From positions 29,430 through 93,429 of the forward strand of contig CAZYNM010000003.1 of NCBI GenBank assembly GCA_964648715.1: a stretch of DNA of 64,000 bases, written 5' to 3'. Every line of letters begins with the position of its first letter. The first letter of the stretch is position 1. Positions 1 to 10,257 of the stretch are shown here, one piece after another. This DNA comes from an uncultured Pseudomonadales bacterium. Its GTDB lineage: Bacteria > Patescibacteriota > Microgenomatia > UBA1400 > PJMF01. A program made the position numbers and the translations under genes. Below the pieces are notes generated by a model. It was not told the DNA's origin and did not search any database. It saw only the letters and a list, made by a program, of their open reading frames with translations.

Positions 1-26
1 TGTGCTGTATAATTGCACGCGTGCAT

Positions 27-103
27 GGTGGTATTAGCTCAGCTGGTTAGAGCGCCTCCCTGTGGAGGAGGAGGTCGCCGGTTCGAACCCGGTATACCAC
101 CCA
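27..103 (+). tRNA. tRNA-His (anticodon GUG), with an encoded extra 5' G(-1) that pairs with discriminator C
   Basis: Cloverleaf read by hand: acceptor GTGGTAT/ATACCAC, D-arm AGCTCAGCTGGTTAGAGC, anticodon stem CCTCC/GGAGG with loop CTGTGGA (GTG at positions 34-36), T-arm GCCGG TTCGAAC CCGG, 3' CCA. Confidence 0.85.
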
Positions 104-188
104 CACGAATTTTCCTCTGGAACTTCCGTCACCCAGTACCGGACGTTTGAACCCAAATTAGCCCACTCCTTGAGCTATAAATGATTAT

Positions 189-1049
189 ATGAATTGGATT
201 GTTGCCAGCTTATTGATGTTTTTTAGCTCAGTTGCTTTATATCTTTGTGTGCGAAGAAGTAATGCACTCAAGACTCCTCAGCAACTTAATAACTTAGCAA
301 TGTTTCTAGTACCTGTACTTGTATATATAACATTAATATTCAGAACTTCTACTAGTTTTGCACTTACACCATTCCAATACTTTCTCATCCTGATTCAGGG
401 TATTTTCTTTAGTTATCTTGGGAATTTATTTTCCCTAAAAGGAATCGAGAAGTCCCCGAACCCTGGATATAGTCTGATTATCTCTAAAAGCTATGTCGTT
501 TTTACAGCTATAGCTTCAATATTTATTTTTTCAGCTCCACTAACTTTGAAGTCAGCGCTCGCAATTCTATTTATAATTTTGTTCTCGGCTCTAATTACCA
601 TTGATAAAGAAAAAAACAAAGCTGCTTGGAACACATTGTGGTTACCTTATACGATAGGTGCATTTTTTTGTTGGGGTTTTTTGGCTTTAAGTTCTAAATA
701 TTTATTAAATGTAGGAGTCCCAATTCTTACCAGGTTAATTCTTTCAATGATGGTGACAACTATATTTATTTTTGGAGAGATAGTTTACAAAAAAGTAGAC
801 TGGAAAAAGACCTCAAAAGAGCAGCTCAAAATACTATTATTAATTGGTATTTTAGGTGCCAGTTTTAATTACTTTATGCAAGTCGGGTTTAACCTGGCTC
901 CTAATGTGGGTTTTGTAAATGCTGCAAATGCAGCCTCCATTTCATTATTGACTCTAGCGTCTGCTTTCTTTTTTAAAGATGAATTAACATTAAGAAAGAT
1001 TATTGGTATATTTGGAGTTACAGCTGGGTTGTTACTATTATTTCTTTAG
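189..1049 (+). CDS. polytopic integral membrane protein (~10 predicted TM segments; DMT/EamA-like permease fold suspected)
   Basis: 286-aa ORF that is hydrophobic throughout, with repeated ~20-aa hydrophobic stretches separated by short loops. No catalytic motifs are recognisable. Confidence 0.4.
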   Translation: MNWIVASLLMFFSSVALYLCVRRSNALKTPQQLNNLAMFLVPVLVYITLIFRTSTSFALTPFQYFLILIQGIFFSYLGNLFSLKGIEKSPNPGYSLIISKSYVVFTAIASIFIFSAPLTLKSALAILFIILFSALITIDKEKNKAAWNTLWLPYTIGAFFCWGFLALSSKYLLNVGVPILTRLILSMMVTTIFIFGEIVYKKVDWKKTSKEQLKILLLIGILGASFNYFMQVGFNLAPNVGFVNAANAASISLLTLASAFFFKDELTLRKIIGIFGVTAGLLLLFL

Positions 1050-1172
1050 TTAACTAACCCATAGCAGGTTCGAACGTCGTCCAACCACCGACCCATCAAC
1101 AACTGCCATTTATTCCCTCATTACTCCCCTTCTGTTTTTTGCTACACTGTAGTCATAACTACAGGAGTTGCC

Positions 1173-1751
1173 ATGAAAAAAAAAGTACTTGCTGTTACCG
1201 CACTGAGCTTCGTTCTTGCCGGATGTGTTCCTCTCAAGCAAAGCAGAGAAAGCACTCCGGTTCCTGCTGCACAGGATCAGTCCCTGGGGCAAACAAAAAT
1301 GGAGTTCGCTGAAGTGGCTGCAGCTATTAAACTAGGAAAAGCTGCGCGGTGTGTGATGCAGAATACGACACTGAATCAGTCCATCGAGTATGTGATCAAA
1401 GGCAAAAAAATGAGGATGCATGCATCTAGCACTACCGCAAACATGCCCGCAAGTTCAATGATATCCGACGGTGAGTTTTTATACACCTGGACTGAAAAAG
1501 ATAAAAAAGGTATGAAGATCAAAGTCCCAACACAAGAAGAAGGAAAACAAATAGCCGAAGATGCACAAAAATTGCCTGACCTTTCGCAAGAATCAGAAAA
1601 GAAACGTTATGAAAATTTGGGCTATACAATTGATTGTTCAATCGCAACGGCAGAAGATACTGAATTCATCCCACCTCCAGATGTAACATTCACTGATCTG
1701 AGTGGCATGATGGACATGGCCAAAAAAATGCCAAATAAGTCAAACAAATAG
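1173..1751 (+). CDS. predicted lipoprotein, function unknown
   Basis: N-terminus MKKKVLAVTALSFVLAGC has a lipobox (LAGC) after a signal peptide. The mature part is hydrophilic and K/E-rich. Confidence 0.5.
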   Translation: MKKKVLAVTALSFVLAGCVPLKQSRESTPVPAAQDQSLGQTKMEFAEVAAAIKLGKAARCVMQNTTLNQSIEYVIKGKKMRMHASSTTANMPASSMISDGEFLYTWTEKDKKGMKIKVPTQEEGKQIAEDAQKLPDLSQESEKKRYENLGYTIDCSIATAEDTEFIPPPDVTFTDLSGMMDMAKKMPNKSNK

Positions 1752-1757
1752 AAATAC

Positions 1758-2432
1758 TTACTCCTGCGGAGCTCCGTAGATGATGACTGTTGTACCTGGG
1801 TTCTCGTCGTCTGCTCTCACGAAGTTCGCATCTTCAAGTACTGGCCCAGTCCAATTGAAAATAGTTTCGGCATCTTCGGTCTTCATGTTGATGCAGCCGT
1901 GACTCATGGGGTGGCCAAAGTTATCGTGCCAGTAGGTGCCATGAATACCAAAGCCCTTGGCGGCAGGAACTTCAGCGTTGGCAAAAAACATAGTGTACGG
2001 AACATTGGGTAGATTGTAATAGGTGCCTAGCTGCTTATTGCCACCGGACATGTGCTTGTACCTGAACTTGCTCCAAATGGTAAAAGTACCGGTGGGAGTT
2101 CTGCCCCATTTGCCTGATGAAATAAGAAACTCATACACTTTTGTATCACCTTCAAATGCTAGCAGTCGTTGATTAGTAAGATCAACTTCGATATGTCTAT
2201 CGCTTGTTGTCGCCCCTAAAACCGGCTTGGATGGAGAGCTCAGACGTTGAGATTGAACCGGCACACCATAGTATTCACCAGCTGTGTGTGATGTGTCATA
2301 GGTGCCCGTTGGTAAAGCATCAAGCGCAAGTAATTGTTGTGAGCGAGCCGACAACACATGCGTGCGAACCACGGTTGCTGCTGCCAAAAAGACTGCAACA
2401 AAAACAAATACCAATATAAGAGATTTGTTCAT
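1758..2432 (-). CDS. L,D-transpeptidase (YkuD domain) with N-terminal signal anchor
   Basis: Catalytic signature GIHGTYWHDNFGHPMSHGCINM (His/Cys L,D-transpeptidase active site) and an N-terminal hydrophobic segment. Confidence 0.8.
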   Translation of the reverse strand: MNKSLILVFVFVAVFLAAATVVRTHVLSARSQQLLALDALPTGTYDTSHTAGEYYGVPVQSQRLSSPSKPVLGATTSDRHIEVDLTNQRLLAFEGDTKVYEFLISSGKWGRTPTGTFTIWSKFRYKHMSGGNKQLGTYYNLPNVPYTMFFANAEVPAAKGFGIHGTYWHDNFGHPMSHGCINMKTEDAETIFNWTGPVLEDANFVRADDENPGTTVIIYGAPQE

Positions 2433-2499
2433 ACACTCCAGTATGCAGTGAAAGGTGGCTGCAACACAATGAGGAAAGAGACCATGATATACTCATTTT

Positions 2500-4023
2500 A
2501 TGGTTGCCAACATCTTGTGGGGAAAAAGAATAGTTTTATTGGCAGCTTTGTCTATTTTTTTCTTTCTTCTGTTGTATGGAGTGCGAATTCAAAGTCACTC
2601 GTGGTATTTTCAAGATGAAGGTGAACATACTGTAGTGGGTTGGATGCAGTACCGATTTGGGAAAGTACTATATCTTGATTTGAGCACTAATCATCAACCG
2701 ATTCCTATTTTGGTTGGTCAATTTATTAGTGCGTTTGTTCCCTATGATACATTTTTTCAGTATATTTACAGATTGAGAGTAGTACTGTGGATGTATGCAT
2801 TTTGTTATGGCGCATTGCTTGTCTGGAGGTTCCGCATCAGAGGACTTGGTGTGTACCTCCTCACCTATAGTGCAGCTCATTATTTTTTTGGTTGGCATCT
2901 TTTGGCTGAATCGCTGGCGGTACCTCCTGTTCTTTGGATTATGTTATCGTTGCGTGAAGAGAGGCAAACAACGATCGATGCAATTTTTTTTGGTGGTGCG
3001 ATTTTTCTCATTGCCTTTTCACTACTGCCTCTGTGGCCTTTTCTCGCACTAAGCTCACTTGTGTATGCGTATAGATTTGGATGGAAGCCTTCCCAAGTGG
3101 CCGTAATTACTCTGCTGTGTGCGTCACTGATCCTTTTTTCCCAAATAGCAGTCTTTGGATGGTTCAGAGAAACGGTCTGGAATAATATCAATTATTTTAT
3201 TCCCTATGAAGCTGCTCATGACACGTTTCACTACTTGCGTTTGCTTTTCTATCCTTTTTTTAATGTGCATCTATGGTATGCAGTACCTTTGTTGATTGCA
3301 TTAATTTTTGTAGTATGGAAACATAAGAGACATCGTTCCTTTACTCTGGTGCTATGTGCTCTCTGTTTCTTGCTCAACCTTAGGACAAGTGAAATAAATG
3401 CACAATACTATGCTGGATTTCACCTTTTCCCATATGTTGCTGGTATAAGTTTTCTAAGTTTATATACTTTTGAGCTACTACGAGAATCTGCAACTGCTAG
3501 ACATATCAAATGGTATACTCTGGGACTAAGTGTGTATCTGGGGATAGTGGTCATATCCCAACTATCTTGGGTGCTGGAATCTAGATCAAGGCTACAAGAT
3601 TACTTTATTTACTATGATACTTTTCAAGCATACGGAACGGCACTAAAAGTACTCGCCCGCCCAGGAGATACATTACTTACTGGACCGGATGGCGCAGGAT
3701 ATATGAATATGGTTGCTGATCTACCCTACCCTGGGTTACAACATTTTCATTTGGAATGGGCGTACCGCGTTCCAGAATTACGAGAACGATGGCTCAAGAT
3801 GATGCAAACCAAGCCACCAACCTTCATCTATTTTAATCTAGGTAATGATGGGTATTCAAATGTCTTGCGCCCACTGCTAAAGGAAAAGTATACGGTCTTA
3901 AAGAGGAAAGATGGGACAGATACTTTGCTTTTTATGCGTACCGATGCTGTCCCACAGATCTCTGAAGAACAGTGGCAGCATTTTGAAGAACAGGCATTTG
4001 AAAGGATTCAGTTCAGATCATGA
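2500..4023 (+). CDS. GT-C fold (PMT/ArnT-like) integral membrane glycosyltransferase-like protein
   Basis: TM1 is followed by the extracytoplasmic-loop motif SWYFQDEGEH (the DE motif typical of GT39/GT83). There are ~10 TM segments and then a ~150-aa soluble C-terminal domain. Confidence 0.5.
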   Translation: MVANILWGKRIVLLAALSIFFFLLLYGVRIQSHSWYFQDEGEHTVVGWMQYRFGKVLYLDLSTNHQPIPILVGQFISAFVPYDTFFQYIYRLRVVLWMYAFCYGALLVWRFRIRGLGVYLLTYSAAHYFFGWHLLAESLAVPPVLWIMLSLREERQTTIDAIFFGGAIFLIAFSLLPLWPFLALSSLVYAYRFGWKPSQVAVITLLCASLILFSQIAVFGWFRETVWNNINYFIPYEAAHDTFHYLRLLFYPFFNVHLWYAVPLLIALIFVVWKHKRHRSFTLVLCALCFLLNLRTSEINAQYYAGFHLFPYVAGISFLSLYTFELLRESATARHIKWYTLGLSVYLGIVVISQLSWVLESRSRLQDYFIYYDTFQAYGTALKVLARPGDTLLTGPDGAGYMNMVADLPYPGLQHFHLEWAYRVPELRERWLKMMQTKPPTFIYFNLGNDGYSNVLRPLLKEKYTVLKRKDGTDTLLFMRTDAVPQISEEQWQHFEEQAFERIQFRS

Positions 4024-4685
4024 GAGAAATAAAGATTGATTCTACATGGAAAAAAATGCTGTCTAATGAATTTGACAAGCCGTATTGGCGTGAACTCACT
4101 GACTACGTACGTGCCCAGTATCAACAAGGCATGGTCTTCCCTCCTGCAAATCAGATTTTTAGAGCATTCGATCTCTGTCCATTTGACTCAGTGAAGGTCG
4201 TTATTTTGGGACAAGATCCCTACCATGGTGTGAAACAGGCGAATGGGCTGTGTTTTGCGGTTACTGATGGAGTTGCGGTACCCCCATCACTGCAAAATAT
4301 ATACAAAGAAATTCTACAAGATACTGGAGTGATCCCACTGCCTGGAGGTGATCTAACACGGTGGGCAACCCAGGGAGTGCTACTCCTTAATAGTGTACTC
4401 ACCGTAGCTGCGCACCAACCAGCTTCTCACGCAAAAAAAGGTTGGGAAGTGTTTACTGATGCTGCAATTACTGCTTTAAATGAACAGCGAGAGGGCATTG
4501 TCTATATGCTATGGGGTAAGTATGCTCAAACAAAAGGTGAACTTATCAACAGAGAAAAGAACTTGGTCCTCACTTCAGGACATCCTTCTCCCTATTCAGC
4601 ACATCTTTTTCATGGGAACCATCATTTTAGCCGCTGCAATACCTATCTATTTTCTCAGGGTAAAGACCCTATTGATTGGCAGTAA
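4020..4685 (+). CDS. ung: uracil-DNA glycosylase (family 1 UNG)
   Basis: Motifs GQDPYHG (water-activating loop), GLCFAV, LLLNSVLTV and HPSPYS are present. The start overlaps the upstream stop (ATGA). Confidence 0.9.
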   Translation: MREIKIDSTWKKMLSNEFDKPYWRELTDYVRAQYQQGMVFPPANQIFRAFDLCPFDSVKVVILGQDPYHGVKQANGLCFAVTDGVAVPPSLQNIYKEILQDTGVIPLPGGDLTRWATQGVLLLNSVLTVAAHQPASHAKKGWEVFTDAAITALNEQREGIVYMLWGKYAQTKGELINREKNLVLTSGHPSPYSAHLFHGNHHFSRCNTYLFSQGKDPIDWQ

Positions 4686-6569
4686 ATCTCTGTTGATTAC
4701 AGCACACACTAGTGTGCAAACGAGCAATGTGGCTATCCCACTCTGCACTACAACTTGTTGAAGCGCCAACAACGCATCAAGCACAATCTGAGTGACATTT
4801 CTAGGTGCATGGTAAAAGCTATAAATAGCCATACCTTGCGTGCGTTCATCAAAGCCGAGGGTGACTGGTGTTTTTTGGTCCTGTGCAGCAACTTTGACAG
4901 TAACTATGTACTCTTGATTGTGAGAAAATTCTTCAGGCGGAATATTGAAACGCAGTGTGCTTGGGTCGCCAATGTTATAGCCATTAAAGGTTTGCTCGGC
5001 AATGATTTCACCCGACTTTTTGTTCACTTGAATGCTGAAATCACTCCGGTCTATCAAGCCAGGGTTTTTCAGATAAAGCTGAATATAGTACAGACCATTG
5101 TACGTTGCCGTAAAGGACTGACTGTGTGGTAATGGCGTGGCATAAAACTTGACGTTTTGTGGAGCCTTACTTGAGCGCGGAACTGGGACAGTATGCAGCG
5201 CAATAGTTGCAACAAAAAGACCTCCCAAGATGACTATACCCAGTGCAAGCTGGAATCTTTTTGTGTTGAGCCGTGACAGCCATGAGGTCAAACTTTGAAA
5301 TAGCGGTATATTTGGTGTACTTTCAGCTGTTTGCTCTTCACTGTGGAAAAGTGTCGCAAGTGCAATAAGTGCCATGCCTGCAAGTGCAGTATGGGCGAGA
5401 TTATTTAGTTTTGTGGCATCTACTCCTGCCATAGTGAGTGCATCCCGAAGAATAGGTGCACTAACCAGATGGGGAGCGAGAGGTAAGAATATGCCAGTGG
5501 TGAGTGCGGTATCAGCAAACAATCCCACAACTCCCAACCATGCCACACAGAGGATAAGCGATGCTGCTAGGCGTGAAAAAAAATGACTGCGTGTCGGAGA
5601 TAGTACCATCCATAACGCCCAAAAAGGGACTATCCATGTATACCACTGGACATGAAAGTGACTGAAACCAAGTAAGATGAGTGAGATTACACAAATACTG
5701 AGCACTTGAAGGGAGAATGTATGTGCAGTTTGATATTTTCTCACGACGCCATACACAAGCAACATGAGTAGAACAGGAACAATGTAGACCATATCAGAAA
5801 AACCAATATCCAGAGCTGCTGTCATAAAGCGTTGGTTCATATCTGAGCCTAAGACAGCGGCACGAAAGACTGGAATATGCAGAAATGGTACAAGTGTCAG
5901 TGCAAACGTAGCCACACTACCTACAAATAAAATGACACGTTGTATAACTGATAGTTTCTTTTCAAGCGCTAATACAAACGCTAACCAGAATAACGGAAAG
6001 AGTTTGACAGAAGCAGCGGCCCCAAATATCACCATTGAAAGCCATTTATTTTTGTTAATGAGATACCAGCCGGCAAGGAAGAAAAGCAGAGCAAGAACAT
6101 CATTCTGTCCCATAATTGGAATACTGTACAGGGTAATAGGATTAAAAAGCCATAATGCTGCCGCAGTTGTAGCTTGAGAATCAGTTAGTTTTTTTTGACG
6201 AGCAAGGGCGTATATAAACCATGCAGTGAAGAGAGCCGCCACAAGTAATGGTACTTTAATTGCTAGCGAGAATCGAGATAACTTTGGTTCATATGCATCA
6301 AGATTATTTTGTGAACTCAGCCATGTATCAAAGCCTGCACCTGCAATAGGTTTAGCCATAAAGTACTGCACTTTATCAAGATAGTAGTGTAGTGGTGGAT
6401 AGTTGTACTGTGAGGCATTACCAAAATGTGCTGCCCCGTATGTCCAAATATTCCAGACTTTTCCTTGTTCAAGACCGCTCCAATACAGCACAAGCTTGTT
6501 ATCAGGATGATAGGTAAGTGGAGCCAGAAAAAAATATACACATGCTGCAAATGTAAGCAGTTTTTTCAT
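4647..6569 (-). CDS. large polytopic membrane protein, GT-C glycosyltransferase-like, with a C-terminal beta-rich soluble domain
   Basis: 640 aa with an acidic motif (YHPDNK) after TM1, more than 10 TM segments, and a hydrophilic C-terminal ~180 aa. It forms an operon with the next gene (4-nt gap). Confidence 0.45.
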   Translation of the reverse strand: MKKLLTFAACVYFFLAPLTYHPDNKLVLYWSGLEQGKVWNIWTYGAAHFGNASQYNYPPLHYYLDKVQYFMAKPIAGAGFDTWLSSQNNLDAYEPKLSRFSLAIKVPLLVAALFTAWFIYALARQKKLTDSQATTAAALWLFNPITLYSIPIMGQNDVLALLFFLAGWYLINKNKWLSMVIFGAAASVKLFPLFWLAFVLALEKKLSVIQRVILFVGSVATFALTLVPFLHIPVFRAAVLGSDMNQRFMTAALDIGFSDMVYIVPVLLMLLVYGVVRKYQTAHTFSLQVLSICVISLILLGFSHFHVQWYTWIVPFWALWMVLSPTRSHFFSRLAASLILCVAWLGVVGLFADTALTTGIFLPLAPHLVSAPILRDALTMAGVDATKLNNLAHTALAGMALIALATLFHSEEQTAESTPNIPLFQSLTSWLSRLNTKRFQLALGIVILGGLFVATIALHTVPVPRSSKAPQNVKFYATPLPHSQSFTATYNGLYYIQLYLKNPGLIDRSDFSIQVNKKSGEIIAEQTFNGYNIGDPSTLRFNIPPEEFSHNQEYIVTVKVAAQDQKTPVTLGFDERTQGMAIYSFYHAPRNVTQIVLDALLALQQVVVQSGIATLLVCTLVCAVINRDLLPINRVFTLRK

Positions 6570-6573
6570 AGGA

Positions 6574-8292
6574 CTAGTATACCCTTTTCTCGGTTTTTGT
6601 CAGTATGTGTAGCCAGTAGATAATAAGTGCCGCCGTGAGGAAAGAAAACACTGAAATATACGATGCGAGTGCACGGACTTTAGTTTGCGTATACACAACA
6701 GAAATTTGGTGTGAACCTGCCGGGACTTGATAGGTGATAAGTCCACGGTAGTTCATATCTTGAAACTCAATTGGTATCTCTGTCCCATCCACAAATACTT
6801 TCCAGCCAGGAAAGTAAAATGTATAGTCTATAAGTCGAGCCGGTTGTGCGGCATTGATAGTGTACGTACGCCGTGCATTTTTAAGTGAAGTTGGTAGGAG
6901 AATCGCTTCACCAGAAAGTACCGCAGCTTGTTGAGTTTTGGGTGGGTACTTTTCACTATTATCACTCCAGATGGTATTGAGGTTTTGTGAGTGCAAATTA
7001 CTTATAGTATGGAAATACTGAGATTCGGGAAATGCAGCGTAATTTTTGCCATAGAGCTGTGGAATACGAATGATGCAGAGTGTGCTCAGGAGTACAACAA
7101 GAAGCGTTTTCCTTGATGAAAAGAAGCGTTGAACAAGAACAGCTGTAAGAACCGCCACGGCCACCTGCACAACAATAAGGAAGCGCCAGGGGTATTGCAC
7201 CAAACTTAAACCAGGAATCAGACTATAAAGCGGTTTGCTTAACGGCAGTGTCATGTACAGTGCTACAACCGCAATGCCCCACCATATACCATGCAGTTTC
7301 TGTATTCCTGATTCTTTTTTTTGCTTTTTAAAAAACAATAAAGCTGTTGCAATCAGTAATAGCACGAGTTCTGGAATACCAACTTTTAACAAATTGCCAC
7401 GTGGCCCTGGATGAGTAAGGTAATAGTACCAGTGGGGATCAAAAAAATTTTTCCAACTTAAAAATACATCGCTTGATAAAGCTTGTGCTGGTTGTACCCC
7501 TTGGTAAAAGTACTTCATTTCAATAACTAAAGGAATGAGGTAATAGGCAGCACCTGCTATGCCAAATACTACGCCACTAGCCGTATAGACAAGTGCTTGT
7601 ATATCCTTGAATGGATACAGGCGAGCTGCTGCATAGACTGCCGCAGTCAGTCCTAAAATGAGCAGGAGCATGGGATGGCTCAGTGCGATGCATAGGGTGC
7701 CTATGCCAATCCACAGGGAACCACGAAGATATTTACCTCGCGTGATTTGATCAATTCCGTAGAGGAGAAGCGGAAAAAAACTGGCACTTAGCAGCTCAGG
7801 GAGTGCGCCACGTATGTACATATTAATAATCTTGTAAGGAAAGAATGTGGCCACTATGCTGGCTGCAAGTGCAGCATCAGTATCCACCCATGTCCGTACA
7901 TATACATACAAGATTATGCTGCCCAAAAGAATGGTAGCGGTAAGGACAAGGTTGTAGGAAGTTGTAACCGACAATCCACTCATAATGAGGAGGGCGCCAG
8001 CATAGGCAGGTAGCTGATGTGCAAATAAGGGCAGTGGCAAGCCAAACTGTGCAAAACCGTTTGACCATCGCACTGGAAATTCACCGTCTTTCAGTGCTTG
8101 CGCGAATTGCGCCATGGTAGTCATGTGAATGTGGCCGTCAAAGGTGATTGGGCGACCACTATGAAAGAACAAGTCAACGACAGTTATAAGTGATACAATG
8201 ACACTACAGATCAGAGCTGCTATGTCTTTTCGTTTCATGTCATCAGTATACACTGTTTCTATTCTGGTGAGCGGAGTGGCTCTCTGTGCCAC
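6574..8292 (-). CDS. large polytopic membrane protein, GT-C-like; paralog of the 10207-11973 product
   Basis: Shares the motif GEFPVRWSNGFAQFGLPLPLF (compare GQFPPRWAPNLSDGFGYPVFNYTYPLPY) and the C-terminal domain FPGWKVFVDG...YRGLITYQVPAGSHQISV (compare FPGWHIDIDG...YKGLLQIQVPTGSHVITV). The true start is probably the internal Met (MKRKDIAAL, ~8238). Confidence 0.5.
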   Translation of the reverse strand: MAQRATPLTRIETVYTDDMKRKDIAALICSVIVSLITVVDLFFHSGRPITFDGHIHMTTMAQFAQALKDGEFPVRWSNGFAQFGLPLPLFAHQLPAYAGALLIMSGLSVTTSYNLVLTATILLGSIILYVYVRTWVDTDAALAASIVATFFPYKIINMYIRGALPELLSASFFPLLLYGIDQITRGKYLRGSLWIGIGTLCIALSHPMLLLILGLTAAVYAAARLYPFKDIQALVYTASGVVFGIAGAAYYLIPLVIEMKYFYQGVQPAQALSSDVFLSWKNFFDPHWYYYLTHPGPRGNLLKVGIPELVLLLIATALLFFKKQKKESGIQKLHGIWWGIAVVALYMTLPLSKPLYSLIPGLSLVQYPWRFLIVVQVAVAVLTAVLVQRFFSSRKTLLVVLLSTLCIIRIPQLYGKNYAAFPESQYFHTISNLHSQNLNTIWSDNSEKYPPKTQQAAVLSGEAILLPTSLKNARRTYTINAAQPARLIDYTFYFPGWKVFVDGTEIPIEFQDMNYRGLITYQVPAGSHQISVVYTQTKVRALASYISVFSFLTAALIIYWLHILTKTEKRVY

Positions 8293-8803
8293 ACTCCTGC
8301 TGCAACCATCTGTGATAAGTTGGTGGAATCCATGGTACCGTCATACCCTTATACAACACTTTGTTGATAAGATCAGTAGCACACAGTCGCTTGATGCTCA
8401 AGAGCTTTGGCTTTTTCGTGAACGATTAAGCCCAGGAAGCATGCGGCCCAATACTGAGGCTGTGCAGATGTTTCAAACATATCGTATCGTGGCTGTTGAA
8501 CCAGTTAAAGACACCCTGCTCATGACGTTTGCAAGCAAAGCTATGACAAGCACCGATAGTCTCACAAAAAATCAACATGCATTGGATGAAATAGAGAAAA
8601 AGTTGCCGCAAGGCACGGTCATTCGTGCCAAGACTTCACAGCTTCTTCTTGCTGAGTTGCCAGATACCACTATTGTGCTGTCAGCTTTACTGCCTATCAG
8701 TGAACTGAAACGAGCAAATGGTTTTTTTGATTATCTACCGAGTGAAGAACAACAACTACAAGGGCAGGTGTGGTTGCACCAAAGTACCCTAGTAAAGGAA
8801 TGA
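8237..8803 (+). CDS. hypothetical protein with N-terminal hydrophobic segment (start uncertain)
   Basis: ORF 8198-8803 has an internal Met followed by SSVYTVSILVSGVALCATLLL (signal/TM-like). It overlaps a divergent neighbour, so the start is uncertain. Confidence 0.3.
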   Translation: MSSVYTVSILVSGVALCATLLLQPSVISWWNPWYRHTLIQHFVDKISSTQSLDAQELWLFRERLSPGSMRPNTEAVQMFQTYRIVAVEPVKDTLLMTFASKAMTSTDSLTKNQHALDEIEKKLPQGTVIRAKTSQLLLAELPDTTIVLSALLPISELKRANGFFDYLPSEEQQLQGQVWLHQSTLVKE

Positions 8804-10257
8804 TGACACTCCGGATACCGTCAAAATGGACAATGATTCTTGCTGCTCTCTGGTTGGGCTGTCTTATTGTTACCCGCTTCTATAACCTTGATCATACTGC
8901 GCGCTTTACTCAAGATGAATCAAGTGATTTGTCGCGTATGTATCAGTATTATCGTGAAAAGAGAATTACCTTAGTAGGTCCTATATCCAATGATAATGGT
9001 AAGGTTTTTAGCTCTTTGACGTACTACATGCTTATGCCGTTTGCATACGCCGGTGGCTTCACTCCTGTCAGCCCGGTCTATGGAATGGCGGTGTATGGTT
9101 GTCTAACTGCTTTGTGTATTTTGGGGATTGTGTATGAGCTTCGACGTGCGTGGCTTTACCCTGCTGCTTTGTTACTACTTATTTGGTACCCACTTTTGGA
9201 GATGAGCCGATGGGCCTGGAATCCTCATTTCGTTGCACTATGGGCAAGTCTGGGCATGTACGCCTGGCTGCAAAAAAAACGGTACCCAGTTGTGGCTCGT
9301 GCAGTAGCCGGATTGAGTTTTGGCTTGATGTTCCATCATCATTATCTTTCGGTGTTGGCAACAGGTCCATTGGTCCTCTACTTTTTGTATGCGGATCTTA
9401 AGCACAAAAAATATAGGGAAGCATCTGCGCTTTTTACAGCATATATGCTTCCTTATATGGTATTTGTCTTGTTTGATCTGCGACATCCACCAGGACTTTT
9501 CTTTGGAAGATATCTTTTGAGTGGCAACACTCCCGATGTTCAAAAGACAACAAGCGCAGCACAGTACCTGAGTAACCTTATGCGAAATTATTGGGTTATG
9601 GTTGATACGTTTGTAAAGCCATTTATATTGAAAACTTGTGTGGCCATTTTGTTACCACTGCTCATGTACTTTGATCTACGAAGTCGTAAAGTTTCACTCA
9701 ATATATGGTACCTACCTCTTTGGCTGGTAGTACTGGTGGGTGTAATACTTGTTGATTTTCAAGTGCGTTATGTTTATCCTGCGGTAGTTTTCGCCTTTGT
9801 ATGGCTCATTACCCCACGCAAGTCACTGAAAGCACAGCTCGTTGCTCTGAGTATCCTGGGCTGTATTTTTGTTGGTTCACTTTTCTCTTTTTGGAAGCAA
9901 CTCACTCGCACTGCTGTACCGCCAGATATGTACTCCTTTACAATACTTAGCACTTATATACGTGAAACCATCAAATCACAGCAAGTGAAAAATCCCAATA
10001 TAACGGTTGCAAGCAGCCCTGACTCTGCTCCTCTCGGAGAAAAATATCGTGATTACATTGGCATGGATGGTACACAATTTCGTGCCTCAAGTGAGTATGA
10101 TTTATCTGAGAATTTATTTATTATCACCACCACGCCTTACGAATCAGTGCGAGAAAAGGATAAAAGTTTTGCACTCCTTGCTTTCAAAAAGGCAAGCTTA
10201 AAGGGTTCATTTGAGGTTCCTAATTCTGAGTGGAAAGTGTATTGGATTGGGTATTAG
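8770..10257 (+). CDS. PMT/ArnT-like GT-C glycosyltransferase (GT39/GT83-like)
   Basis: N-terminus has TM1 then RFYNLDHTARFTQDESSDL (the R...DE loop-1 signature of ArnT/PMT), followed by ~11 TM segments and a soluble C-terminal domain. Confidence 0.6.
   Translation: MVAPKYPSKGMMTLRIPSKWTMILAALWLGCLIVTRFYNLDHTARFTQDESSDLSRMYQYYREKRITLVGPISNDNGKVFSSLTYYMLMPFAYAGGFTPVSPVYGMAVYGCLTALCILGIVYELRRAWLYPAALLLLIWYPLLEMSRWAWNPHFVALWASLGMYAWLQKKRYPVVARAVAGLSFGLMFHHHYLSVLATGPLVLYFLYADLKHKKYREASALFTAYMLPYMVFVLFDLRHPPGLFFGRYLLSGNTPDVQKTTSAAQYLSNLMRNYWVMVDTFVKPFILKTCVAILLPLLMYFDLRSRKVSLNIWYLPLWLVVLVGVILVDFQVRYVYPAVVFAFVWLITPRKSLKAQLVALSILGCIFVGSLFSFWKQLTRTAVPPDMYSFTILSTYIRETIKSQQVKNPNITVASSPDSAPLGEKYRDYIGMDGTQFRASSEYDLSENLFIITTTPYESVREKDKSFALLAFKKASLKGSFEVPNSEWKVYWIGY

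Noticed and set aside
2204-2618. Two ORFs (2204-2419 and 2358-2618, plus strand) overlap the L,D-transpeptidase gene and its upstream region.
   Set aside because: They are antisense to or overlapping a motif-supported gene, and their translations are Cys/His-rich low-complexity sequences.
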